Source: Caecitellus pseudoparvulus (taxonomy: Eukaryota; Protista; Bigyra: Bicosoecida). Taken from it: a DNA stretch of 64,000 bases. Position numbers and translations under genes: made by a program. The stretch lies in the NCBI GenBank assembly GCA_965644315.1, contig CBFFRQ010000038.1:1-64000 (forward strand). Direction: 5' to 3'. The notes beneath the pieces were generated by a model. That model had not been told where the DNA came from. It did not search any database and saw only the letters and a list, made by a program, of their open reading frames with translations. Positions 34,970 to 44,487 of the stretch are shown piece after piece. How positions within the stretch are numbered: the first letter of the stretch is position 1; each line of letters starts with the position of its first letter.

Positions 34970-35118
34970 TCCCTCGTGTTGGTGCGTTGTGCGTGGCAAT
35001 CGAAATGCATTGAACTGGGCCCGCCTCGAGGCCGTCCCCTCCCCCCTCTATGCCAGCGGCCACCAGGGCTCGCTGCATCTCTTGGGGGAGGGGACGCCTC
35101 CTTGCGGCACCCGCCAAT
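34970..35118 (-). repeat. Split direct repeat B2 (149 bp)
   Basis: Appears identical to 35307-35455. Confidence 0.95.
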
Positions 35119-35129
35119 CGAGAAAAAGA

Positions 35130-35304
35130 AAAAAAAAGGAAAGAGAGTGACGAGGCCGGCTAATGACTGGTTTTGTCATGCCCGGTCCTGCCGTCGTCTA
35201 CTCTGCGTTGGGGCGGCGGGGGACAATTGTGCCACTAGCGTGGGACTGCCCGCCGCCCCTCCTGCCGGGAAACATGGTTGCCGGCTGGGGTGCCGGCAAC
35301 CTCG
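35130..35304 (-). repeat. Split direct repeat A2 (175 bp)
   Basis: Appears identical to 40613-40787. Separated from B2 by an 11-bp A-rich spacer (35119-35129). Confidence 0.95.
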
Positions 35305-35306
35305 GT

Positions 35307-35455
35307 TCCCTCGTGTTGGTGCGTTGTGCGTGGCAATCGAAATGCATTGAACTGGGCCCGCCTCGAGGCCGTCCCCTCCCCCCTCTATGCCAGCGGCCAC
35401 CAGGGCTCGCTGCATCTCTTGGGGGAGGGGACGCCTCCTTGCGGCACCCGCCAAT
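35307..35455 (-). repeat. Split direct repeat B1 (149 bp)
   Basis: Abuts A2 through the GT core at 35305-35306. Confidence 0.95.
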
Positions 35456-35460
35456 ACTTT

Positions 35461-36357
35461 TCAATGCTTGCTTCCTCCCCTGGGTGTCATGGCCTCGTGC
35501 CACAGCCTCGCCCCCTCCCCCCCCTGGGTGTAGTATCGTGCCCGGGTGGGGGAGCCAGCCGCCCAGCCCGCCGCGTGCTCCACCAAGACGTCGGGGGCCC
35601 GGCCTGTCCAGAACATATTGCCCCCGGGTCTCAGGTGGGCCAAGGACACGCCCGCTACAGCCTTCAGGATGCCTTGCAGGCTGAGCCACGCCCACCTTGG
35701 GAGCAGGCTTCCCCGCTTGTCCCGGGCCTGCTCCCGGAGGCGGTCGAAGGCCCCCGCCCACTCGGCCTGGCGCACCACCTGGATGTGGCGGTTTGCACTC
35801 AGGTGCGTTTTATCCGTGACCCTGGCCTCCACCCACTGCAGGGGGCCCGCCCGCCCGAAGTGCAACTCCTCCCATCGCAGGCCCCGGAGCTCTCCCGGCC
35901 TGCACATGCCATGAAAGCCGATGTAGATAGCTGCGGCGGCAGTTGGGGCATGCCTCCCGAGGTGTGGCCCGTCCCATGCCCGCTTCATGGCCTCCATGAC
36001 TTGTTCTTTGCTGATAGGGCGGCGGTGTTGCTCCCCTCTCCCTCGGTGGAGCCGGCGGATTGCCCGGCAGATGCTGCCGACTGTGAGCCCCAGCGGGGCT
36101 AGCGACGGGATTGGCAGGCCCAGATACCTAAAACCACCGACCCATTGCGCCAGGATCTGCTTCGCCCGATGGGGGGCCCATCTGCCTGCGGCCACGCCGC
36201 CCGTTAAGATGCCCACCATGGTCCGCGCCCTGTCCCGGGGTGCTGGAGCGGCCCTGATCAGGCCAGCAACCGCGCGAACGTACTTGACCACCGTCCCCTT
36301 TGCCAGCCTATGTTGGTGAATCCTGCTGATCGGGGACGCGGGGATGGCCCTGATCAT
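35461..36357 (-). CDS. Tyrosine recombinase of the retrotransposon
   Basis: GFHGMCRPGEL (first Arg), DKT (Lys), AHLRPGG (second Arg), AGW and RYY (Tyr) occur in the expected order. Confidence 0.88.
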   Translation of the reverse strand: MIRAIPASPISRIHQHRLAKGTVVKYVRAVAGLIRAAPAPRDRARTMVGILTGGVAAGRWAPHRAKQILAQWVGGFRYLGLPIPSLAPLGLTVGSICRAIRRLHRGRGEQHRRPISKEQVMEAMKRAWDGPHLGRHAPTAAAAIYIGFHGMCRPGELRGLRWEELHFGRAGPLQWVEARVTDKTHLSANRHIQVVRQAEWAGAFDRLREQARDKRGSLLPRWAWLSLQGILKAVAGVSLAHLRPGGNMFWTGRAPDVLVEHAAGWAAGSPTRARYYTQGGEGARLWHEAMTPRGGSKH

Positions 36358-38525
36358 CTGCCAGAAGGTCTGCTTCCTTATCCAGAGTGTGTCTGTGCAG
36401 GGCGACGGAGAGTTGAGCTGAGTGAATCCACGCGGTGCCCGCCCCGGCCTTTCCCGACGGCCCTACGTCTAGGGACACATCATGCCACCGCTCAGCGGCG
36501 CTGCTTCCCCCTGCTGATACCTCCAGCTCGGCTGGTTGCCCTGGCGGGAGGCCGAGCGCTGCCGGTGTGCTGCTATCCACCCTTTCGGGGTGGCTGAGGG
36601 CGTCCGCCCGCCAATTCAGGCTCCTCGGGATCCACCGAGGCGCCAAGTGGACGTCCAAAACGCGGGAAACCCGCTCGAGGACCCCGCAGACGCGCGTGAG
36701 TTCACGGCTGTGCTTGCTGTACCCTCGTCGCGCCAGCGCCACCGCTGCCTGGCTGTCCGCAGCTAGGCATAGCAGCAGCGGCCCCGGCTCGGGAAAAACA
36801 TGCCGCGCCATTGCCATAGCCAAGGCGATTGCGTACAGCTCCAGCATCGTGGAGGCTCCCACGAGCTCCTCGCCCGGGGCTGTGCCGGGGATGCGCATGG
36901 ACGCGTACCAAGCGGAGTCTGTGCGTTCTCCTGGCCCTGCCCACCTCGACACTGTTGCCCCCAGCCCGCCTTCCCCCGACGCGTCGCACGAGCCAAAGAG
37001 GGCGGCGCGCCACCTGCTTGACAGTGGGGAGAGCGGGCGCATCGGGCCCGTCGATAACGGCCCACCGAGGGCCTCAAGGAGGGTCCGCAGGGCCCCGTGC
37101 GACGCCGGGGGGACAGGCACGAGAGCGCCGGGGGGCCGACGCGGTACTTGTGTGTGCGCATGGTGTCGTACAAGAGCGACAGCGTTTGTTTTGCGTGGGG
37201 CACCACGGCCGACAGGCCGTGCAAGCGCCCTGTGACCGCGGCGAAAACGCGCTTGGGGATGGTGGAGCAAGCGCCGAGGCGATTAAGGACCGCGGCCAGC
37301 TGCCACCGCAGCTGAGTTCGTTTGGCTTGAGGACACTCAAGGTACACCCCACACGGGGCACACCTGACCACCATCCCCAAGTACTGAACGACGCGCTGTG
37401 GCCCTTGCGTCTTCTTGCGCGACACCCGGAAGCCCACGTCCTCGAACAGTTGAGTTATCTTGGGCACGATCGATGGCCGTGGCCCCAACGTAGCTCCCCC
37501 AAGCCCGACGTCGTCTACGTACACAACCACATGCCCTGCTGGGAACGCCGCTTCGATCTTGGCGCCCAGAAGTCCAGAAAAAAAGCAGAAAATGGCCCCG
37601 GCCGGGCTGTACCCGAAGGCCATCCGAAGCATGCGGAAGGCTGGCCTGCCCTGGGCGAGCATGGTGAACAGTCCGGCGCCCGACGGAGCGATGGGGATGG
37701 CCGTGTACCCTGCTTCCACGTCCAGGACAACACAGTCCGAGTTCGGCGGGAGGCGCAGCGCCCAGCTCTCCAGCGTGGGGTAGTGGAATGGGGGGCTCAC
37801 TGAGGCCTGGTTGACGGCTGCCAGATCGTACACCACCCGCTGCTTGGCCCGGAACAGGCGGCTCGGGCGGGCGGGCGCGCGGGAAGAGCTGGCGGCCTGC
37901 ACCGCCTCGCCTGGGTTCGCAGCAGCCCACTGTCGCAGAGCTTCGTCGCTGACGCCCGGCTGGGGGGCCCATGTCGTGACAACGAAGGCAGAAGCGGCTG
38001 GCCCCCCATCTTTCGGTGCTGCTGCAGCTGCTGGGGGGTGACCGGCTGCAGCACGCGCGCAGCCGCGAAGGCGTCATAGGCCGCTGCCACCGCCCGCTCG
38101 TCGTGCGGCTGCAGCACGTATGCCGAGGACGGGGATGCCGCTGCCGGGGGGCGGCGGAACAGCAGCCAAGCGGGGTCCCACCCGCGCAGCGTGACCACGG
38201 TGAGCAGTCGCATGGCTGCGCACCGCTCAAGCTGCCGTAATCTGGAAGTGGTCTCGCCGCATGCGGGACACACGTCAGCGTGGGCCTCCTGGCAACCCCA
38301 GTATGAGACCACGGGGTGGGGGCCCCAGTCCAAGCCCCCACGCAAGATGTCCTCGAAGAGCCCCGGTGGAGTCCAACAACGGTCCCCATGCAGCTGCTGG
38401 ACCATTGATTCGATGAGCACGGCCATGGCGCGGTGGTCTGTCGAGAGCGGGGCGGCAGCCCTCCACTCCACGGGCACGGCCCGGTACCCCGTGGTCGCTC
38501 TCACCACCGCGCTCCGGCCCACCTC
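36308..38525 (-). CDS. Pol (reverse transcriptase plus DIRS-type RNase H), split by two single-base frameshifts near 38002-38007 and 37130-37135
   Basis: RT motifs SAFVV, KQRVVYDL..VN, VLDVEAGY, MAFGYSPA, YVDD and YLG. RNase H motifs CDAS, LELYAI, ADSQAA and WIPRSLNWRADALS. Adding one base to each 6-nt homopolymer run makes a single ORF. Confidence 0.9.
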
Positions 38526-40608
38526 CTAGAGGCTGAGAGCTGCCTCCACCATGGCCGTGGTGACAGCGCGGGGCTGCATGCGCCGCTGGAAGTCACGTCC
38601 CTTGGATGCCACCTTCCGCTCCCACTGGCGCACCAGCATGGCCACTGCCTGCGCCTGGGTAAGTTCTGCGGGCTTACCTCCGACTGTGTGGGTCCGGCGC
38701 AGGTGGGCCACATGCTGGGCCAGGCGTGGGCAGGATGCCAGCGACCGGCGCCGCCGGTCGGATCCGACGCACCCGGGGCACCACACGAATGTGCTCGGGT
38801 CGTCCTGCCGGTACAGCCCCGCGGGAGGGCCACGAGCGGGGGTTTGCGCCGGGCCGCCCCCCGCACCTGGCATCGGTGTGGCGGCGGCCCCGGCCGCCCA
38901 TGCCTCGCGCGCCAGCGAGCTGGCCACCAGTGCTTGCCCCGTCGCCGACGCCATCATGACAATGGTGGCGTTAGTGCGGAACGTGGCCACCCAGGAGGCC
39001 CACGTCAGCTGGGCCCATCGCCTGCGCTGGCCTTCGGGCAACGCAGCGGCGGTCTGCGCCACGGCCCGCACTGCGATTGTGATCAGGAGTGCGCACGCCA
39101 TGGCTCGGCACAGGCCCCGCTGGTCTGCCAGGGCGGGCACCTCGGACGCCCACTTCCACCAGAACGCTCGGAGGGAGCGGTGGAGGTCGTCGGAAGGCGC
39201 CGTCAGCAAGTCCCTGGTCATCGCAGCAAGCCACCAAGCGCCCCCACGGTTGCCCAGCATGTGGCATGCCGACAGGGCACCCGCCCCAGTTACTGCCACT
39301 AGATGGGTTGGGTCAACTGTAACTTCCACCCTCCCTTGCACCAGGCGTACAGCAGTCACTACGTCCATAGCGTCGTCCATCATGACCGACGCGGACGGCG
39401 GGGCTACCTCATCGCCGGGGGCTGTGAGCCAGGACGGGTCGCCGGGAGCGGGCACGCGGGGCGAGTGGGGGGGGAGCTGGCGGGACAGGAACGTACCTGA
39501 CGGCACTGGGCCCGTTGCTGCGGGCACCTCTCGTGCAGCAGCCTCAGCCATCTCGACAGCCACCGTGGTCAAGGCGTCTGTGGTCCCCGCAGCGAAAACT
39601 GCCCCCAAGGCTGACAGGCGGTCCCGGGCCACCGCCGACGAGGGGTGTGCGGTCGGCCCAATGACCCGCAGCGCGCCTACAGTGACCAGTACCTCGTCGG
39701 CTGGCGACGACCGACCGCTGTTCTCCCCCATGTGACCGAAAACAGCCGACCCGCCTTCGGGGTGGACTGCCGGCGAGGCTCCGCCGCCCCACGGGGGAGG
39801 GGGGCTGCGGGCTATAGGCCGCCCTGTGCCTCTTGGAGGCCGGGGGGTGACCCGGGGCCGCCGCACGGGGCTGTAACCGGGCGGCATCCGGTGTGGTGCC
39901 CGGGAAAACGGGAAAGAACGGGGCGCCGGCATCGTCGTCGCCAAAGTCGTCGTCGCCCGCCAGCGCGGCCTCCAGGACCCGCTGCAAATGCATCACGATG
40001 TCGTCGGGGGTGAGGTCGGGGGGAATACCGTTGAGTCTGCACCATGCGGCGAAGCGCCGTGGAGGCCAAGCGGAGAGGGCGTACGGCGATGTCTCCTCCG
40101 TTGCCAAGCCCACGTAGAACTGCAGCTGCACGGCGACGTCCTCGCTCGGCACCGTCGCTCCCCTCTGCAGGAACCACGTAAGCACTGTGGCGGGATCTTG
40201 CGGGAGGTCGCCTGCGACTGCGTCCGGCTGGGTCGGGCGCGGGGGTAGGTGCGGGCCGTAGGGCGTGCCACTGCTCGCACCGCGCGGACGGGTTCGCTTC
40301 GTGCCGTGCCCCCGTGGTGAGCCGCCTGCGCGATGAGGGGCACCGTCAGCGGGGAGGCGGAAAGCTCTGCCCGCAATGAGGGATCGCATGCGATCTGCCC
40401 GGAATCCCTCGGGCACCTCCCGGAGGCGCCAAGCGGCCTCCATCTTACCAAAATCCTCAGAATCCGCCCACTTCAGCCAGTACTCGAACTCCTGCTCCGT
40501 TATGAGCGCCTTGGCTTGCTTGGCGGAGTTGACAGACATCATTTTGTCGTGGATGTCCTCCCAGCTTCCGCCCTCCGTGTCGCTGGAAGCTGGATCATCC
40601 GATGCCAT
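38526..40608 (-). CDS. Gag-like ORF1 (two overlapping frames, probable frame change near 39793-39804)
   Basis: ATG 40608 lies just after repeat A1 (MASDDPASS...). The downstream frame ends with a Cys/His motif (WCPGC-x12-C...H..H...H) and TAG at 38526-38528. Gag identity rests on position and this motif only. Confidence 0.6.
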
Positions 40609-40612
40609 CTCG

Positions 40613-40787
40613 AAAAAAAAGGAAAGAGAGTGACGAGGCCGGCTAATGACTGGTTTTGTCATGCCCGGTCCTGCCGTCGTCTACTCTGCGTTGGGGCGGC
40701 GGGGGACAATTGTGCCACTAGCGTGGGACTGCCCGCCGCCCCTCCTGCCGGGAAACATGGTTGCCGGCTGGGGTGCCGGCAACCTCG
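40613..40787 (-). repeat. Split direct repeat A1 (175 bp), element 5' end
   Basis: Appears identical to 35130-35304. Confidence 0.95.
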
Positions 40788-43700
40788 GTCTCGCGTGACG
40801 ACGTGCTCAGCGTCAGGTTTGTGCAGTGAGGGTGTGGGTGTGTCTGCCAGCTCCAACAGCAGCGATGTCGGGGCGCCTGCCCTGTCGTCGTGGGAGGGCA
40901 TCCTGGACCTCATTGGCGCTGTGCAGCCGTCCCGCTGTGCGCCTGGGCACGAATCGCTGCCCGGCACTGCTGCCATGTGCACGGGGTGTGCGCATGGGTG
41001 GGTGCACTCGCCTCCAGTGGCAGGTGCCGCGGGCTCGTGCCGCTCATGCAGCACATGGGAGGGCAGTGTGTTGAGCATGTGCCTGAGCCTGGCAGTGTAC
41101 GGTGCGGTGCTGCTGGGCACGGTGTACTCGTGGCATGTTGTGGCTACAGCGGTGGCGGAGGAGGGTGGGGGCGCGGGCCAGGGTGGAGAGACTGCCAAGT
41201 CTGCTGTCGGCGGGAAGCAGGTCGCTGTGCAGGCCCAGGTCAACCCCATGTACCAGAGCACAACACGAGGGGCCAAGGGTGACACTGGGACTGTGCTGCC
41301 AGACGACAAGGCGGCCCGACCCGGCACGCCACACGCTGAGGGGGGTGATGTGCAGGGTCCCCTGCTGCGGGCATCCGCTGGCGTGCTGCTGGGCCTGCAC
41401 ATCATGCTGTCAGGGCTGGTGGCAGATGTCCTGGTGGATGGGCCGGGCGGGGGTGTGGGGCAAGACAGCATCGTGTGGCAGCGGGAGGTGACGGGGGGTG
41501 TCGTGCCCATCCCTGTGCACTCTGCATCGTGGGCCTGTGCGGCCCAGGCCATGCTGCGTGGCGTGTCAGGGGATACTGTCATGGCCTCCCCCGCCGCTCG
41601 GCAGGTGCTGACGTATGGCCTGCTGCCCCTGGTGTCGGTGGTGTTGGGGGCAGCTCTGGGTGGTGGGCTGGGATGTGCTCTGTCGACACAGTGGCGCTGT
41701 CGGTCACGCCCTGCAGGCAGGGGCGTGGGCGGAGTCAGCGGTGGTGTTCCATTGGCGTGGCATGCGGGCGTGCTGGCAGGGGTGTTGTCCCTGCCTCGCA
41801 GCATCACGGGGCTGGTGCGCATCGCCAGCGTGTGGGATGTGGCCCATGGCGGGTCTCGCCTGGTGTCCGAGTGGGGCATTGAGGCAGGCAGTCCTGAGCA
41901 CTGGCGCTTGATCGGCGCATCCGTCGTGTTGGTGGTGGTGTGGTTGGGCCTGGCAGTGGCGGGCCTGGTGGCTCTGGGGCGGCGCCTGGTGCAGGGCGAC
42001 GCCAGGGCCAGTGCCGGCGGTGCGACATCCCCCACGTGTGCATGTGCACGTCAAGTGCCGCTTCCAGTGCCACTGCCCATGTCATGGTCCCTGCTCACGT
42101 CACGGCGGTCATCGCCGCTGCTGCCGCCGTGGACGCCCCCTGCCTTGACGCCCCTGCTGCTGCCGAGTGTGCTGTGGGTGTGGACGATTGTGGCAGGTGT
42201 GACGAATGCGCTGGTGCCTGTGGGCGCAGGCGCGACGTTCTCCCTTGCCGTGGCCATGATTGGCATGTGGCTGTTCCACGAGGTGCTGCGCACGTTCAGT
42301 GTGGCGGAGGACCTCGTGAACGCCAAGCTGCGCCGTGCCAAGCGCAAGGCCCGCAGCAGCTCACACAGGCCAGGCATGGACAGCATCCGACAGGCCAGTG
42401 TGGATGCGGTAGGGCGTCGTGTACACACCTTGCTGCGTCTGGTGGGGTCGGATGTCGGTCCACCAGCGCAGGGTGGGGCCAGTGTGGGTGGGCCCCAGCA
42501 GGCTGGCTTCAAGTCCCTGCGCGCTCTGCAGCGCCTGGCATGGCAGGGCCGCACACTGCATGTCCTCATGTCGCTGGTGCTGGGATGTGTCACTGCACAG
42601 GCAGGGTGTGCGTACTTGCTCTTCACGTACGACACGGCGGCGTTCGTGGAGAACTCCCGGTATGCGCAGAGCATGGAGGCGACCTTTGACGTCGTGCAGG
42701 CGTCTCGAGCCACGACGTGGGTGCTGGCGTGTGCATTCTGGGCGCCCATCGTGGTGTTGGTGGCGTGCCTGGTGCTGGGGCGGGCCGCCTACTCGCTCAG
42801 CGGCCTGGTGGGCCAGGGTGTGGGGAGGGCAAGCGCAGCGCTGTGGCGTTGCGTGTCCAAGCAGTGCACTGCTGCACCACGCGGCAGGCGGGCGCTGTCT
42901 TTGGGTGCAGGTGGGGGCGGCTTGCTGCAGGTGGGGAGCCAGGCCAACCCGATGTTGGCTGGGAAGGAGCGTGCGGCATCGTTGAGCACTGCCACGCTGC
43001 GTGGTGGTCAGGGGCGTGTGCCGGCTGATGGCGTTGTGGCCGGCACAGGTCGCGCGGCACGTGACGCTGGTGCAGAGCAGGGCAGGGACAGGGGCCTCAG
43101 TACGTCTGTCACGTCGTTTGCAGCTCGCCGGGCCCGCCCGTCGTCCCTTGCAACTCGCCGCATCTTGCACGGAGCCCGTGGCTCGCGCGGCACCGTGGCG
43201 CCTGGAGGTCGCAGCGTGGGGTCGCTGTTGATGCTGGCAGCATGTGAGCATGCTCAGGTACGGGCTGTGCGGCCTCGTCGGCGCACCCAGCGGGGCGATG
43301 GGGGTGGGGGGCAGTCTGTGCGTCGCCAGCGCCCAGTGAGTGCCACTCGGCGTGGGCTGCACCTGTGATCGGTGACAAGTGGGTCGGAGTGAAGCAGGAC
43401 TGCATAGAAGGCTTTCAAAATGATGTGTATTGTCTGCATCGTCACTTCCTGAATGCGTTTCAGGTGTGACGAAGCTCCTTGTTTGCAAGCCGTGAGACCC
43501 AGCCCCAGCTTGTCAGAGCTTTTCCCCTGGATCCAAGCCTTTCTTGGTGAAGACCTCAAGAAAGTGCAAAGGTCAATGTGCTTGTAGTTGGCGCTATTGT
43601 TGTGGCTCATGCAAGTGATGCTTGAGGGTGAAAAGCCCGTGCACCCCGAGCCGCTCTGGGCAGGCGCAGGACAGTCGAAGAACGGAAGACCCCTGCGCCG

Positions 43701-44487
43701 CGCAGGCACAAGCCGAGTTGATTAACCCGTGCACAACAGGCCCCATAAGACAGACAAATTAGCACCTTTGGATGATCCACCGCCAAAGCCCTGCGCTGGG
43801 CCCGACGGTTGGCCCTGCGCCTCAGGGCAAGGAGAGTGAGCCTACCGAGTCCAGCTGCTGACTGGACATTGGTGAGGAAACTGGTTTTGGTGCACCCACA
43901 TTTATTCTGTCTTGTCTCAAAGCTGCGATCAGGTGATGTTTCCCTCCTTTCCCCGCCGAACAACGCGCACGTTCCACCAAGGACATGCTCCGCTGCCGTT
44001 GCAGGCGAGGAAGAGGAAAAACAGACCAAGTTTAGCACTCCTGTCTTTGCACCTGGACCAGAATAAATTCAAGATAGGTGGAAGAGGGGGCGAAGTGCGC
44101 TGTCAGGCAAATGTGCATGTTCAATCCTGCAGCGCAGCTACTATAGCAGTACATGCAGCTTGCCAGATGTACATGCACGTTGCACTGCGAGAGTACACTG
44201 AAAAGCCAGTCGAGGCAATCCCAGCGTAGCGACAGAACTCGACGTGCACCACGAATGTCACGACACCAACACATCCCTGAAACCATGTTTTTGTGCTCTG
44301 CCTCCTCTACATTGGATACTTTTGCCTGCGATCGGCCTCGCCTCCAGGGCAAGGCGGTGTGGGACACCTCGTGCCTGGGGGCAGTGCACTTTGCCGATAA
44401 TTCCGCAGCAAGGCCATTGACACTGTTGCCAGAACGCCATTTTCGCATGAACGACCCCTCTGGTCATCGGGTAGTGATACTGCCAGT

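Larger units (their letters stand above)
34970..40789 (-). mobile_element. Tyrosine-recombinase (DIRS-order) retrotransposon with split direct repeats, Ngaro/PAT-like, 5820 bp
   Basis: Sense-strand layout is A1 - gag-like - RT/RNase H - YR - B1 - A2 - B2. Boundaries are defined to the base by the empty site at 16-40. No inverted terminal repeats, no DDE integrase. Confidence 0.95.
29358..43368 (+). pseudogene. Surface-protein gene B2 (signal peptide, Cys-rich repeats, stalk, Ig-like/filamin-like region, multi-pass membrane domain) interrupted by the retrotransposon. Exon 1 29358-29439; exon 2 29546-34969 plus 40790-43368.
   Basis: Signal peptide MLILRVALAWFLLVGIVPQALAAASCS and phase-1 intron GTACGT...TGCAG (29440-29545). 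The frame runs into the element and stops at 35013. Removing 34970-40789 restores the ORF exactly as seen at 1-40. Confidence 0.85.

Noticed and set aside
34970-40789. Diversity-generating retroelement (RT, repeat pair and variable surface proteins nearby)
   Set aside because: The repeat pairs appear identical with no adenine-specific mismatches, the RT is fused to RNase H and accompanied by a YR, and the layout is that of a split-direct-repeat retrotransposon.
34970-40789. LTR retrotransposon, DIRS1-type element or prophage
   Set aside because: No TG...CA LTRs, no 4-6 bp target duplication, no DDE integrase, no inverted terminal repeats or methyltransferase, and no virion genes.
34968-40789. 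Element removed as a spliceosomal intron (it begins at a GT)
   Set aside because: GTTCCC is a poor donor and the right end (CCTCG) has no AG acceptor.
43381-44487. Short ORFs in the copy-2-specific interval (and in 2618-3348 and 28100-29350)
   Set aside because: No recognisable motifs or consistent splice structure; left unannotated.
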